Part shown: one piece after another, positions 1-16,075 of the stretch | How positions within the stretch are numbered: position 1 is the first letter of the stretch | Layout of the letters: every line of letters begins with the position of its first letter | Position numbers and translations under genes: made by a program | The notes under the pieces: model-generated | Databases searched by the model: none | Seen by the model: only the letters and a program-made list of their open reading frames with translations | Told to the model about the DNA's origin: nothing | Source of the DNA: the human T2T-CHM13v2.0 reference genome, Homo sapiens | Assembly: GCF_009914755.1 (NCBI RefSeq) | Contig: NC_060925.1 | DNA length: 64,000 bases | Reading direction: 5' to 3' (one strand)

Positions 1-8
1 TACTTAGT

Positions 9-290
9 CCTATGGTTTGAATGTTTGTCTTCGCCAAAATTCATTTGAAATTTAGTTGGCATCGTAACAATGTTGAGAGGTGGGACCTTTAAGAGGTGAT
101 CAGGCCATGAGGGCTGCACCCTCATGGGCGGCATTACTGCCATTATAAAAGGGCAGGGTCAGCCCCCTTTCATCTCTTGGCCCTTCCACCTTCTGGCCAT
201 GGAGTGACACAGCAAGAAGGCCCTCACCAGAGGCAGGCATTTAGTGCTGTTCATTATAAATTACCTGGTCTGTGTTATTCTGTTATTCAA
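9..290 (+). mobile_element. MaLR LTR fragment (MST/MLT1A-like)
   Basis: ctatggtttgaatgtttg...gagaggtgggacctttaagaggtgat...ataaattacc typical of MST-type LTRs. Confidence 0.7.
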
Positions 291-922
291 AAATGTCATT
301 TCTGCAAATATATAGTTCCTCCCTTTTTAAAAAAAAGTTCTACTTCTTTTTTCTATTTTACTTTTACTGATGTTTTGTGTATTCATCTTCCTGGTCCTAT
401 AGAGAACTCCTATTGCTCCGTAAGTCAAGGCCAGAACTCCCATCCTGACCAGAAGGAAAGATGCCCAGTTCCCACATCTCCTTTGCTAGGCCTGCCAGAA
501 GGGGGCTCCTCCTCCTGGCCAAGGCAGGCTAGTCAGATCCCTTTGTGTTCATTTTTAAAAAGAAGTGCCATATCCTTAAACATACTTCAGCTGTCCTTGT
601 GCCTGCTGGATAATGTATGAGCTTCTGGAAAAAATTCTTCAGCACTGAACATGAATTTAACAGGATATCGCTCCCTTCTTAAGGTTTTCAAATCATAAAG
701 TCAGATTAGGGATTCCCATTAATAATTAGTCCTCTTTATTACACTCAAAAGGACAACATAAATTCCTGTCAGTTACTTTGAAAATACTTTGCTCATTAAT
801 ACCTACTCAAACCAACGATAAATACTACTTACAAAAATTCTCTCCTTAACAAAACTCCACCCAGGCTCCTCTCAGCCCTCTTCTCAACTAAGTGCTATCC
901 TTGGTCTATAAAGACTTGATCA

Positions 923-1213
923 GGCCGGGTGTGGTGGCTCACGCCCTAATCCCAGCACTTTGGGAGGCCAAGGTAGGTGGATCACCTGAGGTCAGGAGTT
1001 TGAGAGTGGCCTGGCCAACATGGTGAAACCCCGTCTCTACTAAAAATACAGAAATTAGCCAGGCGTGGTGGAGCATGCCTGTATTCCCAACTACTTGGAG
1101 GCTAAGGCATGAGAATTGCTTGAACCTGGGAGGCGGAGGTTGTAGTGAGCTGAGATCATGCCACTGCACTCCAGCCTGGGCAACTGCCAGAGCGAGACTC
1201 TGTCTCAAAAAAA
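923..1213 (+). mobile_element. AluS
   Basis: Full dimer; TSD aaagacttgatca. Confidence 0.95.
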
Positions 1214-1407
1214 AGACTTGATCAAATGCTAGCATAGTTTCTAACAGCTCAAGGGCCTTCCCTAGGATGGCCCTAGCCCCTCTTAGAATGCCTGCCTGAG
1301 AAAACTCGAGGCTGCCCAGGGAATTTACTGTTGGTTCCAGCCAACACCTGAAGACAAGGCCCCCATCTCCCTGCCTCTGTGGGAGGGTAGGAGCCTAACT
1401 TCCATAA

Positions 1408-1818
<411 letters not shown>

Positions 1819-2573
1819 CATCCTCCCTTTAAAATGCCATCATCTCTGTACACATTGAAGTTGAGTTTGGAGCACACTGGACTTTTTTCCCTATTGCAAT
1901 AATAATAGTATATTACTGATGAAAGTCTGTCCTTACCGAGTATCCAGGCTTGTTTATCTTTGATACTACCAATCTTCTTTTACTAAAATAAATATTATGA
2001 TTTCTAAATTTTTTAATCAACTGAGTTATATCAGATATGCTTAGCCAAAGCATGTAGAACCCCATTGAAATTTTGATTTAGCATGCGTCCACTAGATTAA
2101 GAATTATTGCTCTAAGAGTCTAAATGTATTTGCATCATGCATTTTTTTCAGTACAACATAAAATGGCTTCATATATAATATAGTTCAAAATGTTGTTAAT
2201 TTCTTCAGGCCAAGGAACATGCAAACAAATGAAGAACTCTTCCGATTTCCTAGGGAAAATACGGTTTGAGGATGGCTTAAACATAAAATATTAACAGGAG
2301 TTAATTAACATAGAAGCAAGCTGTTACCTCAAGTTGCTTTCATCTCAGCATAATTCAAGGTGGAAGAGAACTGAGCTTCAGAGTCTTTTCTCTTCCATGG
2401 ATTGTCCTTTGCAAAGCAAGAAAACATTTTTCCAATGGTGAATGTGTTAGTAAATGCCAGTGAAGCTATAATTAAGTGATCTGGGTTTCCAAGGAGGAAA
2501 GTGAAGTTTCAAACCATGTTTACTGTACACAGTTTTTCAGGGCAAGTACTTTGGACACATAAGACACATAAGC

Positions 2574-2710
2574 TTTTTTTTTTTTTTTTTTTAGGGGTCT
2601 TGCTGTGTTACTCAGGCTGGAGTGCAGTGGCAATCATAGCTCACTGCAGCCTTGAACTCCTGGGCTCAGGGGATGCTCCTGCCTCAGCCTCCGGAGTAGC
2701 TGGGACTGCA
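2574..2710 (-). mobile_element. Alu right-arm fragment (AluJ-like)
   Basis: T-run plus right-arm consensus. Confidence 0.85.
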
Positions 2711-2839
2711 TTTTTAAAAAGTATAATGCTACATCTACCAGGAAAATAACTCAGGTGGAGGATGGCTTTTTTCCAATGAGAGTCCATGATTGAAAGAGTT
2801 AGAGGAATCCTAACTAGCAGAACTGAGTAACAGAAAGCA

Positions 2840-3030
2840 CGTGGACTTTGGAGTCAGAAACACCTGCCTTTGAATCCTGGCTTCTGCGCCTGCACTTGAG
2901 ATCTTAGGCAAGGTACTTACATTTTATTTTCAGACTGTTTCCTTATCTGTAAAATGAGAAAACTAATAATACCTGCCTTTCACAGAGCTATTGTGGGGCT
3001 TAAATTTAACAATAAGCAATCAATAAATAG
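2840..3030. mobile_element. MIR
   Basis: ggactttggagtcaga...ggcaaggtactt...ttccttatctgtaaaatg core. Confidence 0.75.
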
Positions 3031-4490
3031 TTCTGATTCATTGCTTTAACCATTCATTCATTCAGCAAATATGTGTCAAACTCTGACAGTGGAAGAAATT
3101 TAAAACAAATTCCAGGACTGCCTGGGATTTTTATGTCTATCAAATGGGATTCAGGTTAGTGAGGGAGAGTGAAGAAATGAAGTGCACTGTTCTTGAGGAA
3201 TTATTTAAAAGGCTTTTCCAAGAGGATCTACGTGGCTGTAGGACATTTAGATGCCTGGAAAGGCCAGTAAGCCAGCTGGGTGTTGCTCAGAACACGGCCT
3301 CCCACAGCAGGAGACAATTTCCCAGTTCTCTGAATTAGTACTTTGGCTGGAAAATCAGCACACTATGCCTGATCCCTGGAGCAATGGACTGAGTATATAG
3401 TTATAGCTAGATGAGTTCTTTGACATCCCTAAATTGGAAAAATGTCTTTCCTAGAGTTTGGAAATAGCTCAAAACCAAAACCACCATTTTCCCTAAATCT
3501 ATTTGTAGTGCTTGAGCCACACGTTATTGTAAAATACAAGGGACCAGTTGGCAGGAAGTCTCTTAGACTACTTGAACATGCTCTTTGCCCCTCCATGTAC
3601 ACACCCTGGCCTCCTCTCCGTCCCAGCTTTTAAATACAGTTAGCAGTAAGAACTCCCTGAATTCACACCAGGGCCTTTAAGACCTCACCCACAGGTCAGT
3701 AACAACTAAGGATGGATCTGAGGCTATGGGAACAAAGTGCTCACCTCAGATGGCGAGGGGGTGGGAGATGGGTGCATCTACGTTCAGCAATTGGACTTAT
3801 GGCTCCTGAGGATCACATTGCCACCCACGCCCATGTTGAAATCAACTTGCTTTGTCAGGCCATTGGCTCAGGCATGTTTCATGACAATTTCATTCCCTCT
3901 TGGTAAGACCTGGGTCATTTTTGAATGTTTGCAAACGTTAGAAACTCTGAATACCATGGATTAATAATTGATGACGCCCCTGAGCTCCCTCTACTGGCTC
4001 TGCCTCAGCCAGCTACAGCAGGGGGTATTTCTGTTTATATTTCTTTCAAGAAAAGAGTAATTTATAATCCACAAGCAGGGATGATAAGGCAAAGACATAA
4101 AAAATGGAGGATTTTTTTAAGTAGTTGGAAGTTGGTGGACACTCCCGGGCAGGCTTTACACTTCCAAGGCAGAAGTCTGAGTTGCGTGTCCTGCTCTTGG
4201 CCTGGGCAGATGGTGCACAGCTCAGGAACCCTTCTAGAATGTCATTACTGTGTGCAGATAAAACTGAAAGCAAAGGGGCTGGAACCCTTTCCGTTTGTTC
4301 TGCACCTGAAGGAGTTCAGAGAGAATAAAACAATATCTGGGCCATTTTTTTTTTCTGTTTCAAGTCTCTAAACAGAAAGAACAACAACAACAACAAAAAA
4401 AACTGATTTGTACGGGAATCACTCCAGGCATGACAGGATCAGGAGGTACTTTATCCTGAGGTTCCTCTGAGCCATTAATTGCCATGCTGA

Positions 4491-4550
4491 AGGTGAAGAA
4501 ACTGAAAGAATGGTTGAATGACCTGCTCCGGTTGACACAGGGAATGAGTG
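4491..4550 (+). repeat. 60-bp dispersed duplicate, copy 1
   Basis: 57/60 identical to 5717-5776. Confidence 0.92.
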
Positions 4551-4864
4551 CCTTCTCCTCTGCAGAAGGAGGAACACCCTCCACCATGATGCTCTCCAAA
4601 ACACCTGCACAGAGCACCCTGCTGGATGCCAGAGCCCTGTGAGGGCTTCCTGGTGCAGGTGAGGCCCGGCACAGCCAGCAGAAGGACTTATCCTGGCTAA
4701 CAAAGACTTGTGTTACATGTCCCCCTTCAAAACTGGTGCCACATGTCTGTGTGACCTACCTGCTGGCCTCTCACTGCTAACTGAAGACAGGCACTATTTC
4801 CCCACCATAGTGGTCTTTTTGTCCTTCTCATGATTTATTGGATGCATAAAACAAACACATGAGC

Positions 4865-5298
<434 letters not shown>

Positions 5299-5659
5299 TC
5301 AGGACTGTTAGGTTTCAGGGTCTGCCCACCTGCCTCTCCTGAGAGGGGGGCGACAGAGAGCTGGCTGCGTGCAGGGCTCTCCTGGGAATCTGGGCTCTCA
5401 GCCAGGCCACCCCACAGAAGTGTTCAGGGGCAGGGAGTTGTATATCCTGGAATGACTATTTAGAAAGGATATAACAGAGGGGAGAGAAAAATAAGGAAAT
5501 GTGAGGAGTTAGGTCAATGCTTGCCCCTTCCCACGGGCCCACCCATGGTAACGCTGTGGCTCGCTGCAGGCCAGCCAGTATCTGGGAATACAGAGACGCA
5601 TGATAGTGTCTTTCTACTCTGATTACAACTCCACTAGGTGCCAGCATTTTGCATGCAAT

Positions 5660-5815
5660 CGCTCTATTAATCCTTTCAATGTCCTTGTGAGATAGGTCCA
5701 TTTATCCCCATTCCACAGGTGAAGAAACTGAAAGAATGGTTGAATGACCTGCTCCGGCTGACACACGGAGTGAGTGGCTGAGCTGGGAAGAGAGACCAGT
5801 GGCGTGTAACTCAGA
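5660..5815. mobile_element. MIR containing duplicate copy 2 (5717-5776)
   Basis: tttatccccattccacaggtgaagaaactga MIR core. Confidence 0.7.
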
Positions 5816-6071
5816 GTCCACGGTGTGTGATGTATGAAGGACTAAGAGAGACCAGTCAGGAGCAGCCGGAATCCCATCTGGAGCCTAAAGAGTTGTCTTT
5901 GGTGTAGAAAGTGTCTACCCCACCCCTAATTATATATCCAGTGAAGGCTGTTGCTTAACGTGGCTGTTGGCTCATAAACTGTAAGCACTACGAGAGCAAG
6001 TCTTTTCATCTGTGACCTCGATGTCCCCCTTGGTGCCATGGGCTGTGCCCATGTGCGCTAAATACACATGA

Positions 6072-7084
<1,013 letters not shown>

Positions 7085-7316
7085 TAACAAATCGACATTG
7101 TCGTGCATAAATGTAGAGCTGATCCGTATTTCATGTCAAAGGCCTGGACTGTGTGAAATTGGCTGGTATTTGTTCCAGAAGCACTTGTTCATTTTGAAGA
7201 TGGGGCAGTTCTGAGTGGGTTAGCAGGCTGACGAGCTTGGCTCAGAAGCCGCTCACTATTGTTTGGGCTTTGCTTTTGACTTCACATCCTGAAATAAATG
7301 GTCGTTGCAGACCAGG

Positions 7317-7412
7317 CACGTGAGCAGGAAGTGGGCAGGGCTTAAAACACAGAGAAGTCATAACCTCTGCGGTTTGGTTCATGTTGTAATATGAAAACCA
7401 GGAAGCTTATCT
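7317..7412. promoter_or_regulatory. Candidate enhancer: E-box, ETS, RUNX, C/EBP-like, ETS, GATA cluster
   Basis: CACGTG 7317, CAGGAAGTG 7325, TGCGGTTT 7368, GTTGTAAT 7383, CAGGAAG 7399, CTTATCT 7406. Confidence 0.45.
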
Positions 7413-7643
7413 TGCAGGAGGCTGATGTGTAAAAGTTCAGAATGGAGTGGAGCCCTCCCTCTTGGCACCCTATGCGCGGAGTCACCCTTTGTCTGCCACA
7501 GGAAGCACCCAGGTCCTGGCAGCTAGAAAACTGTAACAACTTGGAAACATTTCCCAAAATGTCATCATGGCATCAAAATGAGACAATCAATTTCTTGCAA
7601 AATTGTTTGCAAGAATACAATTTGATCAAAAGTAGAGTTAGAC

Positions 7644-7934
7644 TTTTTTTTTTTTTTAAGACAGTTTCGATCTTGTTACCTAGGCTAGAGTGCAATGGTG
7701 ATCTCTGCTTACTGCAACCTCTGCCTGCCAGGTTCAAGCGATTCTCTGCCTCAGCCTCCTGAATAGCTGGGACTACAGGTGTGCGCCACCATGCCCAGCT
7801 AATTTTTGTATTTTTAGTAGAGACGGGGTTTCACCATGTTGGCCAGGCTGGTCTGAAACTCCTGACCTCAGATGACCTGCCTGCCTCGGCCTCCCAAAGT
7901 GCTGGATTGTAAGCGTGAGCCACTACGCCCAGCC
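7644..7934 (-). mobile_element. AluS
   Basis: TSD gagttagacttt. Confidence 0.95.
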
Positions 7935-10900
7935 GAGTTAGACTTTCTCTAAGAACAGCCCCTCTGTGTGTTTTAACTTAAGTGAGAAACAACATGGGTG
8001 AGTCAGTGGTTGAAGGCAAGAGAGACACGGGAGAGACACTGATGCCCTGTCCATCCCTTCTCTGGGCCTCAGGGCATTCCAGCAGGTAGAGAACTCCACC
8101 CTCCTGCCTGCCTATCAGTCTGCTTGGTCTTGAAAGTCTGCTGCACAGAGTGGGTAGTGGCCATCTGAATCAGTGCTAACACAAAAGCTAGACAGCAATG
8201 CTTACAGGCTAGCCAGGAAAATGTTTTTACCAGAAAATTGCTTGAGAAGAGAACACAGAGTTTCAGTAGGGACATGACGATTGAGGATGGAAATGCTTGG
8301 TGAAGCAGAACATCCTGGCGTAGCCACAAGAAAACACAATAACCTTAAGGCAGTCACTCGAAGGCATCCTGGAGCCCCAGGCAGGGAGCATTTCACTTCA
8401 CCAAGGCGTCTCGGGCCATCAAGTGGGAGAAAAAACTGAAGCCTAAAGCTCCTGCTACTGCTCTCTGAGCTCCCAGATCCCTGTACCTGACACCTGCCAC
8501 ACCTGGCTCGGCAGGTAACTAAGACTGGAAGAACCAGATGAGGAGTGGCTCTGCCACACTTATTTGAGAAAATGTCTGAGTAGTATCTGTCCAGCTAGGT
8601 CTTCCTGAGTTTCCCATGGCTCTTAAAGATTAGACATCATTAACTGAGTTTCCCAGCAGCACACCTGCCTGAGGTAGATTACAGTGTGGACTATTCCCTG
8701 TGAGAAGCTTCCTGCAGCATAGCGCCAGGGAAGGGCTAACCAAGATCGTGTCTTTGCAAAACACCTTTCAGACTGCAGCACCCCCAGGGTGAACTTCAGA
8801 GTCACTTTGATCTCAATTAGCATTCTTGGATATTATAAACAAACACCTAGACTCCCAGGGAGGGGAAAATCAGTACCCCAGGAAAATCACAGGAGATGGA
8901 GTTCTCAGGGCTTTATCACAGGCTGGCCATCGAAAGCCACAGGGAGCCCTCAGGCTAGCCAGGGTCACATCTCACCTCTGCCCAGCCACCCCAGGTGTTT
9001 CCTAGAAGCCCCCCCTTTTCCCGCTTTGGCCTGCCTGGCTCTTTTTGGCTTCTGAAAACAAAGAGAGGAGCTGTGTGCAGTCAGCCTGAGACACGTGGGA
9101 AGATGGTTGCTGCCCCTGCTGGCCCTAAAGCTCCAGAAAGCCAATGCCACCGTGCAGGCGGTGGAGAGCATATTCTGATATGGGAGGAGGAGGCGTCCGC
9201 AGACCCCTAGTTCCTAACTTTGGGTCATGGCCAAGGGACCTCCTGGGGAAAACTGCGTGCTAGAGAGCCGGTGAGCATATCTTAAGTTAGGCCCAAAGGG
9301 GACTGGGTGGGTTTCTTCCTCCAGCACCCCTGCTCTTCCCAAGAGGAGCCCCTTTCCTTCCCTGAGCTTCCCCTTCCCAGGCTCCTGTTTTGACAGGATG
9401 CCTGGGTCTGATCACAGCCACAGGCCCGTTTTGGGCTGTGTTCCCCCTGGAGTGTATTGGCCAAGGAATTCCTGGAGCATTTGAAGAAAGGCCCCTTCCC
9501 AGGGGCAGTATTCCTCCTGTAATTAAAAGGTTGCATTTCAAAGACACTTTTAATGACCCCAACCGTTGTTGCCAGAAAGAAAATGCTACAGAAGACGTGA
9601 CTGACAGATTGCAGGGAGAGTGTTCAGCCCAGTGCTGGTGCAGATCCCCGTGAGGACACAGGAGCAGGGGGTTTTGTCATCTTGAGGACCCATAGCTGAC
9701 CGATGTTCATGCACGCAGGAGCATGTGTACCAGGCACCGGTCTAGTGGGAGAGTCAGAGGAGGTTGCAGCGGGCACAGAGTGGGCATGCTGTGATGGAGG
9801 CCAGGCGCCTGCAGGGGAGGACATCCTTATCTATGGGACCTGGCAGGTAGAGGGGAAGGCACTCCCTAGGGAAGGGCCAGAACAGACCTTAGAAGGGTGT
9901 ATACTTGGGATTTAGATGAAGGAGAAACCTCCTTTCCTCTCACTTCCCTCTCTCCTTGTTCTTCCCTCCCCGAGGGCCCCTCCTAACCCACTCCACTGCA
10001 CAGCCTGCAGCTTGGCCAGAGTTCCTTCCCTACCAGGACTCACTGTCTCGCTGGGGCCTTGAACCCTCTCCCCCCACCAAATAAGGTGCTGGTCTGGAGC
10101 TGAGCACACACCACAGTGGCCAGTTATGGTCAGTCTGTCACTCTGTTCCTTCTCATCCGAGAACTCAGAAAGCATTCACTGTCACTGGGCTGCGATCCCA
10201 GAACAGCCGCTATTCAAAACATCTTTATAAGGTCTGATTCTGCCTCTGCCTCACCCCAGCCCAGCAGAAGTCGACTTGGCTCTGGAAACATGATGGATTT
10301 TTATTCAGTGTTTTATTGGCCAAACACATATCTTCGGGATAAGATCTTCGGAAACTCACAGGGTTTGATGGAAATGCTCACAGCCTTCTTCCACACACAT
10401 CTCTGTCATCGCTGGCTTCTGGACTTTTCGTTACTTTAGCCTGGGATAATATTCATCCTTCACTTCATCTGACCGAGACACAAGGAAAGTTTATACCTCA
10501 AACTATGCACGAAGCAGAGGAAGCTCAGTTTCAGGGATCTTTGTGAGGTTGTCCTGGATAAGGGTCCCGTGAGTCTCTCAGAAATTTGTCCTCCCAGAGT
10601 CAATTCAACCTGGGGACTTGTCATAGCTCTGTGGCCTCAAAAGCCTCTCATTCCCAGGCACTGTGACGGGAACACTGGGCTATTGTGTGACAGGGCTAGC
10701 TAGCGTGTGCACAGCTCTCGGCTGGGATCAGAGAGAAGTTTGCAGGCAGACCCAAGGTTTTAGAATCACAGAAATCTTCACATCTCTTCCCTTCCCAGGA
10801 CCCTCCATCGTGGCTTCTGGCTGAGATTTTAGGAGAAGGATGCTCAGTCCAGTTGGTTTTCAGGTTGTGTCCACTCTGGTGAGAAAAGAGTCCGGCTTGG

Positions 10901-11215
10901 TGGGGGTGGGCAAAAGTTAACCCTCTCAGGGTCTGAACTTTGGGGTGGCCTCTGGGTTTCAGCGCCTCCCTCTCATTGAGTCCCAGGCTGCTGACCCCCC
11001 TGTCTGGATGTCCTCATGGTGCCTGGGGCATCCTGCCTTGGGTACCCACTATTTCTGCACCCCAAGGGCAAATTCTGTGTCTTACTTGGTGACCCAGGCG
11101 CCACCTTCAGAGTAGGAATTCTATAAAGACTCCCATAAAGCTGAATGAGGGAAGGACCCAGCAAAGGGTGGAAAGCTGAGATTGAGGAGCTGTGCTTGGG
11201 GAAAACCCCACATAA

Positions 11216-11584
<369 letters not shown>

Positions 11585-11989
11585 CAATTTGTTATTGAAA
11601 AAAAAAAAATTCCCACTCTTCACTACCTCAATTCAATCATAGGGCCACCTGTATCCTCTATGCCACCTCCTAGGCTGGGCATTCACCCGTCGAGCTTACA
11701 GGATGAGTCAGAACCCATCCTTGCTCTCCCGGAGCCTGAACTCTAGAGTGGGTTGGGAACAAGGAAAGGCAGGCGCCGACTGCCAACTATACGGGTGCAT
11801 ATCTCAGCGCGGTCACACCCTTCTTGCCCAGACCTGCCTCTGCTCTGTCCTCCTGGCCCCTGAGGAGCACCTGGGGCAGAGGAGGAGCCCCTAGGAACCT
11901 TCCATGATAGAGCACAGGAGTCTGCAAGCGGTTGATTTGGTCTCCTCTACCCGGCCCCTCCCTCTCTCTGGACCCTGCAATGTCGAGGT

Positions 11990-12100
11990 AGAGAGTGTTA
12001 TTCCCATTTTACAGATGAGGACAATCAGATTCAAATAGGTCAGGTGACATGCCCACAGTCGCACAGTGGGAAGATGGCAGAGCCAGGTCTCTGCCGCCTG
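11990..12100. mobile_element. MIR fragment
   Basis: ttattcccattttacagatgagga core. Confidence 0.65.
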
Positions 12101-12493
12101 GAAGGGAAGCCTGTGCTCTGCTCATTGGAGAGCACTGCCTCCCTCGACCACTGCCAAGCTTTGATGGCAAAGGAGCAACAGAGGTCACGTGTCGGGGATT
12201 AGCAAGCAAGGGTGACAGGAGGAGGTGGCATTCCAGAAGGGCCTTGGAGTATGGGCAGGATTTTAGAAGACAGTAGAAAAGATGGGAAGGTTGACGTGGC
12301 AGGGGACACAGAGAGAGCCAAGTTGGGGAGGCAGGATGGTGCAGGCCATGCCCCGCAGCAGCTGATGATCCAGGTTACCCAGGGGCAGCCCCTATGCCTC
12401 ACACCTCCAGACCCCCTCCAAGGCAGAACAAGCTCCTGACACATTTCTCATGATTCTCCAGAATTCCAGGGGGCGTCTTTTCCAGTTATCTAG

Positions 12494-13280
<787 letters not shown>

Positions 13281-13319
13281 ACCATCTTTTACCAAGGTGC
13301 ACACAGCCCTTCAGAATCC

Positions 13320-13750
13320 TCCTCCCCTTCACTGGCCTCCTCCTCTGACCCTCTTCCTTCTGCTCACTCAGCTCTAGCCACAGTGGCCTCCGTGCTGTTG
13401 GATTCCACCTCAGGGCCTTTGCACATGCTGCCCTCATGACTGGAACACTTCCCCAACACTCCTGAGGCTCTCTCCCTCTCTTCTTCAGGTCTTGCCTTTG
13501 CAGTGAGGCCTTTCCTCACCACTCTGCTGAAAACTGCAACCCATTACCTGACCCAGTCCCTTTCCTTCCCTGCAGAGCACTTTCCACCACACACATATGT
13601 CACTCCTTGTACACCCATCAGTCTGTCTGGGCTAGAAGAATAGCTCCTGCGGGACAGGGGTTTGTGTCTGTTTTGTTCGCAGCTGCATTCCCAGTCCTAG
13701 AGCAATGCTTGTGGGGCCTAGCAGGTGCTCGCTAAGTGCTCATGGATTGG
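13320..13750. mobile_element. L2 3' fragment
   Basis: cctcagggcctttgcacatgctg...tgtctgttttgttc...ggcctagcaggtgctc. Confidence 0.75.
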
Positions 13751-14764
13751 CTGAGAGCTGAGTTGACTCCATAGGCTATGCCACAGAGTGGCCCTGGGCA
13801 GCTTGCTGTCCTTCCTTCACACGGACAGAGGCAGTTGTGGTTTGGTAAGATACCCTCTGAACAGCTAATGTGGGTAAAGAAGCATCTCCCTGTGGGCAAT
13901 GGTAGCCATCTGCAGGCCCCTGTGGTTCAGCTCCCTGCTATGGAGGGCTGAGTCATTGACGTGGTGGCCTTTTAGAGACACACCTTGCGAGACTCCTTTG
14001 TTAGGACAGAACAGTATCTCCTGGAATCTTTATTTAAATTAAAAAAATAAAAGTTTCTAAGAACCAGGCCTTCAGAAAACTTCAGACTGCCCTTCACTTT
14101 GTCCCCACTTGTCAGAGATGGTTTGGAAAGAAGACAAAAAAAGACACTGGGAAAGGAAACAGGGTCAGGCTACGGGGGCAGCGCGGGAGCCTGCCTGGAT
14201 TCCTGCGTGTCAGCGCCATAGCGCCTTCTGAGAGTGGCACCCAGCTGGGTTAGGGACACTCGGTCCAGCCATTCTGGGGTCCAAGAGCAGCAGCGCCCCC
14301 TAAAGCAGCCTGGGAGTGGGTGCTTCCCAGTGCCAAGCGGGCTGCAAGTATCTGCCCGCTGCCCACGCCCGCGCCCACCCCGCTTCAGGGTGCTCTCCCC
14401 AAATCTTGGCACTATTTACCTGTGCTGGGCTCCGTTCGGCAGTAGTGCAGAGGCCCCTCTCCTGGGGAACTCGTGCACCACAAGAATTGGCGCTTGCAGG
14501 GGCCAGCAGCGGGGGCGGTGAAGCAGCAACAAAAAACCCCAGTCTCTGTCCTGGGGCCTCACCGTCTGGTGGGAAAGGCAGTGGTGTAGATATGGCTAAG
14601 GGCTGTGGTGGGTGAGGAGGGCACAGGACATGAAAATTATGGCGCCTTCTCCCGACCAGCTCGGGGGCCACGGGCAGACAGGTCACCCTCAGGACCCCAA
14701 CTGCCCTTCCAGCCCCAGGACACATTCTGGGTGAGGCCTTGATTTCCTTAATTAATACATAGAA

Positions 14765-15575
<811 letters not shown>

Positions 15576-15717
15576 AAAAAACTCATTTCAGGTGCTTAGG
15601 AAAATATGTGTTTGGGTGCATCTTATCTGCAGAATAATCCACTGGGCTGGACACTTCTAGATATTCATTTGGAGGAAGGGGCATAGCATCATGATCAAGA
15701 GCATCAGTTTTGGAGAC

Positions 15718-16075
15718 TGTATTAATCTGTTCTCATGCTGCTAACAAAGACATACCTGAGACTGGATAATTTATAAAGGAAAGAGGTTTAATTGACTCAC
15801 AGTTCCACATGGCTGGGGAGGCCTCACAATCATGGCGGAAGGTGAATGAGGAGCAAAGTCACGTCTTACATGGTGGCAGGCAAGAGAGATCTTGTGTAGG
15901 GGAACTCCCATTTATAAAACCATCAGATCTCATGAGCCTTGTTCACTACCATGAGAACAGTATGGGGGAAATTGCCCCTATGATTCAATTATCTCCACCT
16001 GGCCCTGCCCTTGACAGGAGGGGATTATTACAATTCAAGGTGAGATTTGGGTGGGGACACAGCCAAACCATATCA
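15718..16075 (-). mobile_element. THE1 (MaLR) solo LTR inserted in a MIR
   Basis: TG...CA ends; 5-bp TSD GAGAC (15713-15717, 16076-16080); - strand begins TGATATGGTTTGGCTGTGTCCCCACCCAAATCTC. Confidence 0.93.

Noticed and set aside
4345-4402. Small inverted repeat ttttctgttt/aaacagaaag with A-rich tail
   Set aside because: Low-complexity, with a stem too short to be meaningful
5630-5645. CTCF-like CCACTAGGTGCCAG
   Set aside because: Mismatch at a core G and no supporting context
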